DNA from: Octopus vulgaris
Taxonomy: Eukaryota
Reading direction: 5' to 3'
NCBI GenBank assembly: GCA_951406725.2
Contig: OX597831.1
Location: forward strand, 45,880,001 to 45,944,000
DNA: 64,000 nt
Of this stretch, positions 1-11,116 are shown one piece after another. Both the position numbers and the translations under genes were made by a program. The notes under the pieces are model-generated. The model worked only from the letters and a program-made list of their open reading frames with translations. It was not told where the DNA came from and searched no databases. Position 1 is the first letter of the stretch. Each line of letters opens with the position of its first letter.

Positions 1-1873
1 TGGATAGATGGGTGGAGTACTACCAGGATCTCTACTCACGAGAGACCATGGTAGCTGAGGCTGCAATCGAGAGTGTCAATATCTTGACAGTCCACCATCT
101 ATAGCAGAGCTCACCAAGACTATTGACTCCCTAGCAAGTAACAAGGCCCCGGGAAAAGATGGCATCCCCTCACAGATCATCAAAGCCGGCAAGAACACCA
201 TCCTGCTTTGGCACCTTCATGAGCTTCTGTGTCAGTGCTAGAAAGAGGGTACAGTCCCTCAGGATATGCAGGATGCTAACATGATTACGCTTTACAAGAA
301 CAAAGGTGACCGTGGTGATTGTAACAATTACTGTTGGAAAGACCTTTGCTTGCGTTATCCTGTCCAGGCTACAACTGCTTGCTTCTCGAATTTATCCAGA
401 ATCGCAGTGTGGCTTTAGAAGAAGCAGATCAACTATTGACATGATATTCTCCATATGCCAACTTCAGGAGAGCAGAAAATGCCATTATATATGGCCTTCA
501 TTGATCTGACAAAGGCCTTTGACTTGGTAAGTAGGAAAGGCCTCTTCATCCTGCTTCAAAAAATCGGATGTCCACCAAAGCTGCTGAGGATCATCAAAGC
601 TTTCCATGATGATATGCAAGGCACCATACAGCACAATGGTTCAACATCAGCCACCTTCCAAATAAAAAACAGGGTAAAGCAAGGTGTCCTTGCTCCTACA
701 TTATTTGGCATCTTCTCGCTGCTGCTCTCACATGCCTTTCAGACATCAGATGATGGAGTGTTTCTGCACAGTAGAAGTGACGGGAAACTGTTCAATCTCT
801 CATGCCTGTGTGCCAAGACCAAAATCAGAAGCATCCTGATCAAGGAGATGCTATTTGCTGATGATGCCACTCTGGTATCACACATAGAAGCCCTACAAAG
901 GCTCATCAACTGTTTTGAGCAAGCATGTAACGACTTTGGCTTAGTTATCAGCCTCAAGAAGACCAACATCATGGGTCAGGCTACATTGGACATCCTAAAC
1001 ATACATATTGGAGACCACAGATTACAGGAGGTGGAGAAGTTTACCTATCTTGGCTCTACCGTCACCTACAACCTATCCCTTGATGCTGAGCTCAATATAC
1101 ACATTGGCAAGGCAGCTGCTGTGATGATCCAGCTCTCCAAACGGGCATAGGACAACAATAAGCTGACCAAGACAACCAAAAATGAAAATTTACCTGGCAT
1201 GTGTACTTAGCACTCTACTGTATGGAAGTGAGACTTGGATGCCATACACATGCCAAGAGCGTTGCCTAAATATCTTTCACCTGCGCTGCCTCCGGAAAAT
1301 CCTCTGCATCAAATGGCAGAACCATATCCCCAACAAAGATGTCCTCAGGCAAGCAGGAATACCAAGCATGTTTGCACTCCTCACACAAAGACGTATGAGA
1401 TGGCTTGGACATGTTAGCCGTATGGAAGATGGCAGAATCCCCAAGGACATACTCTACGGAGAGCTTGCTAGAGGCACTAGGTCTGTGGGAAGACCGTTCT
1501 TACGATACAAGGATGTTTGCAAAAGGGACATGAAGGTCTGCAACATCAATATTAGCAACTGGGAAGCAGTTGCCAGCAACCGTGGAGATTGGCGACGTAA
1601 GTAAAAGAGGGAACACAAATGAGTTACAGACAGAAAGAGAGAGAGAGAGGGGAGAAATTGAAAGAGAAGACAAGACGTCAACAAGAAACTAAGACATTAC
1701 AACCAGCCAGGAACAGTCTTCGCTACATTTGCGGCACCCGCCAGAGGGAGTGTTTGTCCAGGATAGGACTACACAGCCACAGCAGGAGATGTATTAGGAC
1801 ATGAAATGTAAAAGCCGGTCTAGATTATTTTAAGCGCAACTCCATTGTCTCCCGAGACAAAAAGGATGCCAAC
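1..1873 (+). mobile_element. RTE (BovB-like) non-LTR retrotransposon, disrupted ORF2 3' part, running off the window start
   Basis: Frameshifted ORFs 306-1804 carry RT motifs (PESQCGFR, AFIDLTKAFD, VKQGVLAPTLF, LFADD, FTYLGS, WLGHVSRMEDGRIPKDILYGEL) and the C-terminal C..C..RIGLHSH..C motif. 3' end ccattgtctcccgagacaaaaaggatgcc is RTE-like. In-frame stops and frameshifts are present. Confidence 0.93.
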
Positions 1874-2459
1874 AGATGGACAAAAGCATTATCAAGCACA
1901 GCAGCAACACTTCCGTAATCCACACACTCTGGCACAATCTGGACTGGTTTGCAACTTTTTGACAGGACTAATGACATACCCGACTCAACATAAACTCAAT
2001 AGGTTGAAGGGTCCTCATATGTCAAGACCGACTGGAGAATCGATATAATAATGTATATAAACTCTTAGAAATATAGACATTATAAACACAACGCATTTTC
2101 AATGCAAGCGAAAATAGTGTGCCTAGCTCCATCCAAAAATCTTTGTAGCGACTGAGTGACAGGAAAATTAAAGTGAAGACCACAAATTTTACAAATAAAT
2201 TATTCGGAATTAGACGAAAGAAAAAAGGTCATGTCTACGCTGTCAATTTGTTGTGCTCTCTCTCTCGCTATATATATTCGGAATTATTGCTTTATCCCTT
2301 TTACATAATTAGTATATTGACTCGTTATCTCTAAAAGAATATTAAAATGTCAAATATTCCGATTTAGTGGTTTTACATCATTAGCAAATCATCTAATTGA
2401 GTTTCAAAGAGAACTGGCGTAGATAAAATTTTCATTTGATATTTCTCATTTAAAAGGAC

Positions 2460-2718
2460 CCTGCTGGAGCACCGCCTTAAAGAGTTTAGCCAATCAAATC
2501 GACCCCAGTATTTAATCTGTCGGTCACTTTTACCGAACCGCTAGATTATGGGGCTTAAACAAACCAACACCGGTTGTCAAAGCTATATGTGGGTACTAAG
2601 ACATAAAAACGAAACCTCTTTGTTTCCTGATGTCTGATCCACTCACTAGGCTTCATTTGGCCTAGGGTTGTAGTGTTTGCCCAAGGTACAATGCAGTGGG
2701 GCTGAACTCGGAACCATC
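2460..2718 (-). mobile_element. Degenerate tRNA-derived SINE (family 1)
   Basis: Diverged match to the family-1 copies at 8362 and 10008 (gctggagcaccgcc, gaaccgcta, ggttgtcaa, cagtggggctgaac). Confidence 0.7.
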
Positions 2719-2997
2719 TAGAAAAAAAAATCATGAACTGCTAAAAATAAGCGGAAAATTATTACATGGAAAAGAAACGTTTTGTCTGGTTACTGCTGTC
2801 ACAAGGGAGCTAACTCCGTTTACTTTGAAAACTTCTAAAATGTCAGAAGTTTTAAGATTTAAAAAGTTGATTGTAATATGAGGTGATATAATGCTTTCTA
2901 CTGCTAGCAGTGTACAAGCAATGTGTTGTTGCCTATTTTAGCTGGTTGTCAGGAAAATGTAAGTGAACGAAAATAAATACAAAGAAAAACTACGTGA

Positions 2998-3082
2998 CAA
3001 TTTATCGAAAATGGCTAAACGAAAAACAAGACAGTTGTTCGAAGTAGCAGTTGCTCGATTCAACAATTAGTCGAATTATTAA
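2998..3082. repeat. Decayed left inverted terminal/subterminal repeat of the Mutator element
   Basis: aatttatcgaaaa...aacgaaaaa...tcgaattatt aligns with the reverse complement of 5425-5505; periodic tcga motifs. Confidence 0.6.
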
Positions 3083-3314
3083 CAGATTTTAGAAATATAG
3101 AAAGGATTGAAGGGCGGAAATTACATTGTCGTGTTTTTTTATTTTTAGAATGAAGTTGTATATAATGTGTGTGGTGTTGATAGTCTGAAAACCTGTGGCC
3201 TTTTGTCATAGCTCGTTCAAAGTCACAAGAAACTGAATCAATATTTAAAAAAGGTGCAAATGTTTTCGTTCTACAAACTATTTATTTAGCTGATGTAAAA
3301 AATTATAAAAAGCG

Positions 3315-5285
3315 TTATAGTCTCACGTTATGAGCTACTGCGCATAGATAGTCGACTACATTGGTGTATTCTTGAAACGATTCAGTGAGTTTTTTAAGTT
3401 GCTTGGCAGAAATGCGACATTCTTTAGTATTTGATTCGCACTCCATTCCGCTGAGTAATTTTTCTATATTAATCTCGTTCAGAGATTGTTCTCTCTTCAG
3501 CTCTTCTATAAATCTCCAAATTGTTGACCGGTTCGCCGAGACTTGATGCAAAAATGCTCGGTGCCATACTTCAATAGCGTTATTTGTTTCTGGTAAATTC
3601 TGTTGCACTCTGTCAAAACAGGACCACATCTTTAAGTCAAATATAGGTGGACGGCGACCATTGCGAATACATGGTCGTCCTAGCCACGTGTCTTCGAAAT
3701 AGTCAACTACTGGAAGGGCCTCTGGAGGATATACCGCTTCATCTACTAGCGCTCCAAATGCATCATACACTTGCTCTGTTGGAACAAAAGCTAGAGCTAA
3801 AAGCATGCGAATACTTAGTGAAAAATGGGCATCTGTGTCGTATTTCTCTTTTAGATCGAAGGCGCATACTTTTTTGTATAGGCAATGCCCTAAATGAAAA
3901 AAACTACCATACAGATTAACGGAATCGAATTCTGTCCTGACAGCCTTTATCATTGTCGGTTCAAAGTCTGTAGTAATTGAATCAATGTTTGAAAACGGTA
4001 CTAGTGTTTTTACTGTCTTAACAAATTTAATGTACGTTTCTTCTTTCCTATTGGGTAACAATCCAAATATCAAAGGAAGACAAAATCCATTTTTAAGACC
4101 TTGAATTGTATAGAGTTGATCAAATATTACCGGCACTGTTTTAAAGGAGCCATCCATGAAGACATTTTGACACGAATCAAGAACATACAGATTTTGTCGG
4201 GTCGAAAATATCAACATTCTGTCTTCACTTGGGCCCGAATCAAACAACAGGAAGTCGTCTCCCCTATTTGTTTTGGTATATTCGTCAAGAAAGGTTATGT
4301 CTTTTCTATGGTTGGGTACAGGTAACCCGCAAATTTCTCGTTGGCGCACTCGTCGAATCGTCCGTTTTATACTACTAAGCGGGGGTAGTGCGGGAACTGT
4401 TAGATTACTAATATCTGAAGCAGCATTTAAAATTACATATTGAGGTGAATCGTGAGTTTCTTTAGAGTCATTCTTAATTTTTTCCATAAATCGCCGCACT
4501 TCAACATTAACTGGATTACCGGCATGGTTATGTTCTCCAGAAACTGAAATGACCTCATCCCCATCTGTCTTGGCACGACATTTACAATATTTTTTATAAT
4601 TCTGACACTTCCAATATTTTTTATTTTTCAATTCCTTGTCTTTAACAAACAAATATCCATCTACTAACAACATAGGTTTTCCTTTTTCGCTTTGAACAAA
4701 TTTAGCTTTTTTAGTTTTGGTAGGGTCCTCTGGAAAATCTTTACTACATTTGGCTCTTTTTTCTCGAGGTACTTGTTGAATTGTTCGTTTCATGTTACTT
4801 ACTGAGGGTAGTACTGGAGTTGAAGCAAATCTATTATCTGAAGCTACAGTTGAAACTACATGCGGAGGTGAAGAGTCACATGTTTCAAGTTCAATCTTGA
4901 CTTTTCCCGTAAGTTGGGGCGCTTCGACATTAGCTGGAATAACTGTATGATTATGTAAAGGTAGTACTGGAGTGGTAACAGTGCTATTATGTGAAGCTAC
5001 ATTTGAAATTACAAACTGGGGTGAGTTAGGTGTTTCTTCGGGTTCAGTCTTGACTGTTTTCGCAATTCGGCGCGCTTCGACCTTAGCTGGATTAGCAGTA
5101 TGATTATGCTCACAGGAAACAGAAATAATCTCACCACCAGCGGTTTTGGCACGACAGTTACAGTGCTTATTATAATTCTGGCACTTCCAATACGTTCTGT
5201 TTCCAGCTTCCTTCTCTTTGACGAACAAGTATCCATTGAATAATAACAAGGGGTTTCCTTTTTCTTTTGGTACAAATTCAGCCAT
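3315..5285 (-). CDS. FLYWCH zinc finger x2 plus MULE transposase domain protein (Mutator-derived), 656 aa, intronless
   Basis: Uninterrupted ORF with two FLYWCH domains (GYLF..YWKC...C.CRA...HNH), catalytic-type motifs FMDGSFK, TTDFE and TNNAIE.WH, and GSFFH at the CxxH position. Minus-strand AATAAA at 3286-3281. Confidence 0.92.
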   Translation of the reverse strand: MAEFVPKEKGNPLLLFNGYLFVKEKEAGNRTYWKCQNYNKHCNCRAKTAGGEIISVSCEHNHTANPAKVEARRIAKTVKTEPEETPNSPQFVISNVASHNSTVTTPVLPLHNHTVIPANVEAPQLTGKVKIELETCDSSPPHVVSTVASDNRFASTPVLPSVSNMKRTIQQVPREKRAKCSKDFPEDPTKTKKAKFVQSEKGKPMLLVDGYLFVKDKELKNKKYWKCQNYKKYCKCRAKTDGDEVISVSGEHNHAGNPVNVEVRRFMEKIKNDSKETHDSPQYVILNAASDISNLTVPALPPLSSIKRTIRRVRQREICGLPVPNHRKDITFLDEYTKTNRGDDFLLFDSGPSEDRMLIFSTRQNLYVLDSCQNVFMDGSFKTVPVIFDQLYTIQGLKNGFCLPLIFGLLPNRKEETYIKFVKTVKTLVPFSNIDSITTDFEPTMIKAVRTEFDSVNLYGSFFHLGHCLYKKVCAFDLKEKYDTDAHFSLSIRMLLALAFVPTEQVYDAFGALVDEAVYPPEALPVVDYFEDTWLGRPCIRNGRRPPIFDLKMWSCFDRVQQNLPETNNAIEVWHRAFLHQVSANRSTIWRFIEELKREQSLNEINIEKLLSGMECESNTKECRISAKQLKKLTESFQEYTNVVDYLCAVAHNVRL

Positions 5286-5424
5286 TTTTCAATATCATCG
5301 ATCTCGGGACAAAGGGACGTAAATATGATGCATACGCACGCGCGCACATAAACGTTTTAAATTTTAAAAAGATGGTATTAATAAAACCATTATAAACCTT
5401 TTAAAAAACAAAATTGTTTTAATA

Positions 5425-5532
5425 TTTATAATTCGATTACTTTTTGATTCGAATAAATGTTATTTCCATCAATTGCTTTTTCGTTCATTTGTTTTCGATA
5501 AATTACGTTTCGATCAATGGGTCTGGATACTC
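5425..5532. repeat. Right inverted terminal repeat of the Mutator element
   Basis: Reverse complement reads gagtatccagacccattgatcgaaacgtaatttatcgaaaa...; ttcga/ttcgt recurs at about 15-nt multiples (5432, 5448, 5480, 5494, 5509). Confidence 0.6.
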
Positions 5533-5833
5533 AAAACTTAACATTACGCCTCTGCATTTGTATCTCTGTTAATGCAGGTCCGAAGTGAATGAAATTAAAC
5601 GGCGTGTTTACCCGAAAGTGGTTTACTAAACTAGATAGGCATAAAGCAAATGCTACCTTTAAAAAAAAGTATTAGCATATAATTTCTAGGAAATTAAATT
5701 GATATAGGAATGATAAAAATCAATAATGATAATACATGCACACGCTGTGCAGAAAGATGTGTAGACTACATCTAGTATGTACGATACATTTCTTCGCCCA
5801 CTTTATTATGTGTATGAATGAATGAGATTACTT

Positions 5834-5930
5834 GTGTGTGTGGGCTTCCATATATATGTATACGTTTTGTATGAATGTGTGTGTGCGGGGGCTTCCATAT
5901 ATATGTATACGTTTTGTATGAACGTGTGTG
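5834..5930. repeat. Two-copy tandem repeat (~49 bp unit)
   Basis: gggcttccatatatatgtatacgttttgtatgaa occurs twice. Confidence 0.8.
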
Positions 5931-7082
5931 TATATGTATAAATTGATGATCGAATCTGTTATTGTAGCAGTGCATATACAGAAATTAAGTTGGTTTTTGT
6001 TTGTTTTTCGGGGAGCGGAGGACTTTCGTTTCGATAGGTGGCAACAAAAGCTTTAAGTGGGCGAGAAACTTAACTAATAATTAATGTGTGAAGTATTCTA
6101 AACAAACACCGAAATCATTTTTCTTTGTGTGATTAACGAAGGCGGCGCGCTGACAGAAAATCCTTAGCACGCACGCCGGACAAAATGCTTAGCGGCATTT
6201 CGTCTTTAACTCCCAGTCACCAAAAAATAAAAAAAAATAACTGCCCAGAAACCGAATATGAAAACAAAAATTTGCGCAGACGAACGGATGGGGAGAGGAC
6301 TTTCGGAAAATTCACAAGATCCAATTTTTCCATCATAACTTTCAGGAAAATGGATATATATATATATTAGTGAAATTTTATAGAAATATCGTTCAAGTGG
6401 CATAGATTACGATTTTAAAGAAATTTGCGGGGGGGGAAATGTTTTCCGAAGGGGTGGGGAGACGACTTGGAAAATTCACGATCCGTAACTTTCAGGATCC
6501 TGTTTAGCACCCGGTCACCAAAAACAAAGTACTAGGTGTAAAAAAAAAAAATTGATTAAAATAAAGACCTTCACCCGGGAACAAAAAAAATAAACAACCA
6601 GCCTGGGGGATGTTAACATGTGTGGAAAACGAATCTGGGGGAGAAAAAAAAATGCGTGCTGACGTATTTCAAAGAGCCACTCTTGTATTCTGTCACACTG
6701 CATCTCCCTGAGAACTACATTCATTTCGTGAGCCGGCTGTTCCATCGATCAACTGGAACCCTCATCGTTGTAACTGATGGTGCCAGTTAATTTCATGTGT
6801 ATGTGTCAATATATAGTTCTGAAGTTATTCAGAAGGGCTCTTAACCAAGTTTTTAGAAAATTCATTTTTACTTTGAAGAATTTCAAACCTGATTTAAAGG
6901 GATGGGGGGGGGTGACTAGAATTAGTGCATGAACTTGAGAGAAATTAGATATTTTGGAGGTTAGATTCTCTTCCCCCACCACCACCTTCAATGCTCAGCA
7001 ACAGGAATCAGCTAATGTTTCTCGTGAAAATACTGACCACCAAGCCTGTGTTTTATAACCAAACTCAAAGAAATTCTAATAT

Positions 7083-7420
7083 ACTCTTTACTCTATTTGT
7101 TTCAGTCATTTGACTGCGGCCATGCTGGAGCACCGCCTTTAGTGCTTATTCTATCAGTCTCTTTTGCCGAACCGCTAAGTTACGGGCACGTAAACACACC
7201 ATCGGTTGTCAAGCGATGTTGGGGGGACAAACACACACACATATATATATATATATACGACGGGCTTCTTACAGTTTCCGTCTACCAAATCCACTCACAA
7301 GGCTTTGGTCGGCCCGAGGCTATAGTAGAAGACACTTGCCCAAGATGCCACGCAGTAGGACTGAACCTGGAACCATGTGGTTGGTAAGCAAGCTACTTAC
7401 CACACAGCCACTCCTGCACC
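7083..7420 (-). mobile_element. tRNA-derived SINE family 1
   Basis: Pol III A/B-box-like head on the minus strand (gtggctgtgtggtaag...ggttcagtcc), internal (TA)n/(CA)n, aagagt-repeat tail; many near-identical copies in the window. Confidence 0.9.
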
Positions 7421-7696
7421 TTATGGTGCAGTCTTTTATAGATAATAGCTAATGTACACACATCGCTATTTTACCCTGCTCTCTCTTATTATAGTCAACA
7501 ATGTCCACTGAAATGTCTTATTAAACAAGTAATATCTGAAAGAAAGATACATAAAGTTAATGGCTTAAATTTTTTACAGTAGATCTTGCATCATAGAACT
7601 GGCTGGGTGAGGTATATAAATAAAATTCCTAATAGCTACAATTATTTAAGCCTTTTAGAATGAAAAACTATATTTTTTTTTAATTCTTTGTTTTAG

Positions 7697-7788
7697 TGCA
7701 TATGAGTACACAGTCCCTTCTAAAGGAAAATTGCTAGCCAAAACAGATCTCCAGATAGCTTTACCTGAAGGCTGTTATGGAAGAGTGG
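7697..7788 (+). CDS. DUT: dUTPase exon (92 nt)
   Basis: ttttag|TGCATATGAG...AGAGTGG|gtaagt; [30 protein letters not shown]. Confidence 0.95.
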
Positions 7789-9960
7789 GTAAGTTATAAA
7801 CTAATTGTATTGACTTCATTTCCCTTGTAAAATATTACCTACTAGCAGAACCCATAAATATTTCACAGAATTAACAGTAAACTTATTGAGTTATTTCTGT
7901 AAACTTTATCCAAAAAACCTGAAAGCATAGCCTGTGTTGTTTCTATCAAAGGATAGTCGCTCATCTGCTAATGATTGAAAAGTAAAGGAAACTGGAATAC
8001 CATGATTACTTAATACTCAGCACGCTCACTATTTACCTTACCTTCTTTTTCTCCCTTTTCTTTCATTATTCGCTTTACCCTTCAACTAATCAGTGAAAGT
8101 GTTACAGACAGGCTAAGTAACGGAGAAAAAAAACTTAGTTCCTTGCTCACAACCACCTCTCTCCCTCATCTCTCCTCCCTTCCCTCTTCAACTGATCATG
8201 TGAAAACATTGCAGACAGGCTGAGTAATGGAGGAACAAGCAGAATTATAAGATGGAAGCAAGCCATTTTTATCAGTCAAATGGTTATTTGAGCAAATGTC
8301 TAGATTCTAGATTTCCCCTCATTAGTGTAGTTCAACACAAATATTTTCAGGTTGTTATGCTTACTCTTTTACTTGTTTCAGTCATTTGACTGCGGCCATG
8401 CTGGAGCACCGCCTTTAGTCGAGCGAATCAACCCCGGAACTTATTCTTTGTAAGCCCAGTACTTATTCTATCGGTCTCTTTTGCCGAACCGCTAAGTGAC
8501 GGGGACGTAAACACACCAGCATCGGTTGTCAAGCAATGCTAGGGGGACAAACACACACATATATATACATATATACGACAGGCTTCTTTCAGTTTCCGTC
8601 TACCAAATCCACTCACAAGGCATTGGTCGGCCCGGGGCCATAGTAGAAGACACTTGCCCAAGATGCCACGCAGTGGGACTGAACCCGGAACCATGTGGTT
8701 GGTTAGCAAGCTACACAGCCACTCCTGCTTGTTTTAAATTACTTAAGCAAATAAACTCCTTTGTGTACTTGGACCTGTTTTTATAACAAGTTGTTCCATT
8801 TCTACTTTGATTATTTCCTGGTAGTAGGAATCACATCCAGCTGTTATGATGAAATTGTTGACCAAGTACTATTGCAACCAATTTTTAGATTATTAATTAA
8901 AAATTTTGTTTTTAGCTGTCACTGGTGGTAATAGGTCTAATAGTCAGTAGAATAATACGAATGTTTTTATTGATCACTCATCCAGATCAGAAGAGCTGGG
9001 GCTAGTTATTATCTACCTTGCTCGGCAACATAGCAAAGTAAATATTAAGCTATGACAAGATAATGTGATCAGTATCAGGTTGCTTGTTTTTATGTCAGTT
9101 TTTACCTGATGGACTGTATTTTTATTTTGTAGCTCCTCGTTCAGGACTGGCTTTGAAGCATTTCATTGATGTTGGAGGTAAGTTCTCTTCTGTATTACCA
9201 TGTGATATCAAATCGAAGTTATTACTTGGTTACACACATTGTATTGACCACAGTCTACCGACCATGTAAACAAAATTGGGTTACTATGTTAATAAAATTG
9301 TCACAAGCATTATTTCCAATGTGACTGATACCATAATACGATTTTCTTGTATAGAAGTCCATATTTACATTTGTGTAATAAAAAGAGGTGGGAGTATGCA
9401 TTTCTGAAGTTAATCAAACATCAAGTTGGTGCTTCAAAAAAGAATTACAGCTGTCTTTGTTTCTCCTTTCAGCTGGAGTTATTGATCAAGATTACAGAGG
9501 AAATGTTGGTGTTCTTCTTTTCAATTTTTCTGAGACTGATTTCAAAGGTAGGTTGTATTTCCTTTTTCCATGTAATGAGAATAAAGAAAAAAATCATTTT
9601 ATTATTTTACTTTTCTTTATTTCCCAATATAACTGATCTGATCTTTCTGTTTTTTTTATACTTTAGTAAAAGTAATTGTTTTATTTATTTGATGTTTTGT
9701 ATCTCAGTCAACAAAGGGGACCGTGTTGCCCAGCTAGTGTTAGAGAGGATATTCACTGCAGAACTGGAAGAGTGTGTAGTAAGTTGGTTAACTATTGTTC
9801 TTTATTGAATTTACTTGCTCTGTTATAGATTTTTTTTTTCTTTCAATATATTTTTCAGACATGTAAATCTTGATTTTGATTTTCATTTCCTTCTATTTTT
9901 CAGAGTTTGGACGATACATTGCGAGGCGAGGGAGGTTTTGGATCAACTGGTGCAAAGTAA
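7697..9960 (+). CDS. DUT: dUTP diphosphatase (dUTPase), last five coding exons: 7697-7788, 9133-9177, 9473-9547, 9708-9778, 9904-9960
   Basis: Spliced GT-AG translation [112 protein letters not shown] contains motifs 2-5 (PRSG, GVID.DYRG, GDRVAQL, RG.GGFGSTG). AATAAA overlaps the stop (9959-9964). The motif-1 exon was not found in the window. Confidence 0.96.
8362..8728 (-). mobile_element. tRNA-derived SINE family 1 (in DUT intron)
   Basis: Near-identical to 10008-10403. Confidence 0.9.
9133..9177 (+). CDS. DUT: dUTPase exon (45 nt)
   Basis: tgtag|CTCCTCGT...GGAG|gtaagt; [15 protein letters not shown]. Confidence 0.95.
9473..9547 (+). CDS. DUT: dUTPase exon (75 nt)
   Basis: tttcag|CTGGAGTT...AAAG|gtaggt; [25 protein letters not shown]. 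Confidence 0.95.
9708..9778 (+). CDS. DUT: dUTPase exon (71 nt)
   Basis: ctcag|TCAACAAA...TGTGTA|gtaagt; [24 protein letters not shown]. Confidence 0.95.
9904..9960 (+). CDS. DUT: dUTPase terminal coding exon
   Basis: tttcag|AGTTTG...AAGTAA; [18 protein letters not shown]. Confidence 0.95.
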   Translation, partial: SLDDTLRGEGGFGSTGAK

Positions 9961-10007
9961 TAAAATTATTAAATTGTTGGTCTTTGTTTTTTTTTTTTAT
10001 GACAGTA

Positions 10008-10403
10008 TACTCTCTTTACTCTTTTACTTGTTTCAGTCATTTGACTGCGGCCATGCTGGAGCACCGCCTTTAGTCGAGCAAATCGACCCCAGGACTTATT
10101 CTTTGTAAGCCCAGTACTTATTCTATCGGTCGCTTTTGCCGAACCGCTAAGTGACGGGGACGTAAACACACCAGCATCGGTTGTCAAGCAATGCTAGGGG
10201 GAAAAACACAGACACACACACTTATATATATATATATATATGACAGGCTTCTTTCAGTTTCCGTCTACCAAATCCACTCACAAGGCATTGGTCGGCCCGG
10301 GGCTATAGCAGAAGACACTTGCCCAAGATGTCACGCAGTGGGACTGAACCCGGAACCATGTGGTTGGTTAGCAAGCTACTTACCACACAGCCACTCCTGC
10401 GCC
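10008..10403 (-). mobile_element. tRNA-derived SINE family 1, full length
   Basis: Complete head to aagagt tail, about 50 nt downstream of the DUT stop. Confidence 0.9.
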
Positions 10404-10907
10404 TAACATTCTCTAACATTCTGAATATTTATATTGTTGGAGCACTAGCACCATTGCAAGCTTTGGTTCTTAGGCAGTGCACCAGGTCAATCAGTCTTGG
10501 CAATTAGTACCTGTACTGCAGATAATGAATTGTTTTCACATAATATACACTCTTTTTTCACGCCTTGTCTTTGGGCCGTAACCATCATAAGCCTCTGCCC
10601 TGATATCCCCGACACAAATGTTTGAAATTCCCATTCCTGCACCATTTGTATCCTTATATTATTTTAAGTGGTTTTGTCATCAAGACTTGTAAAATTTGGG
10701 TTCAGTTATACTAAGTTACATCTACATCTACTTTAAGGGTATTATTCAAACTTCTGGTGTTGGTGCATCTGTTAACTCTAAACAATTGATTTATGCAACT
10801 AGTCCGATTTTGTACCTAGTTGCATTAATAATGCACATGTGTATAGAAATAGGTGTGTTAAAAAATACATGGAAATTAAAGGATTAATTTATGTACATAT
10901 ATAAGGC

Positions 10908-11116
10908 CTTACTGTATCTTATTTTGAGATGCTCTGTTTTTCTTTCAATTACTTTAAATACAACAAAAAATTTGGTAAAATAATTTAGTTATTCCTCTAG
11001 TGTTAGGAACATAGATTGTGACTAAGGCTTTGTAGAAGATTTGAATTCAAATCTTGTGAAAACAAGACATACTCAGAAACAGAGCCTGTTTCAGCTGGGT
11101 TGGTAACGAAAGGGTT
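10908..11116. mobile_element. piggyBac-like MITE (family also at ~25477-25696, 55078-55283, 15855-15985, 16455-16625)
   Basis: Shared body (gagatgctctgt...gtgactaagg...cagctgggttggtaacgaaaggg). The 25477 copy is flanked by TTAA with CC(C)TTT-type ends. Confidence 0.65.

Noticed and set aside
2840-2881. ATG...MSEVLRFKKL resembling a dUTPase N-terminus (LRF.KL)
   Set aside because: It stops after three more codons, and no continuation encoding PTRGS/AAGYDL was found downstream or beyond the MULE element. Treated as coincidence.
3647-5347. Overlapping ORFs 3647-3919, 4101-4325 and 5009-5347
   Set aside because: Shadow frames of the MULE CDS.
7097-10507. Recurrent short ORFs such as [10 protein letters not shown]...[16 protein letters not shown]
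   Set aside because: These are SINE translations repeated throughout the window, not genes.
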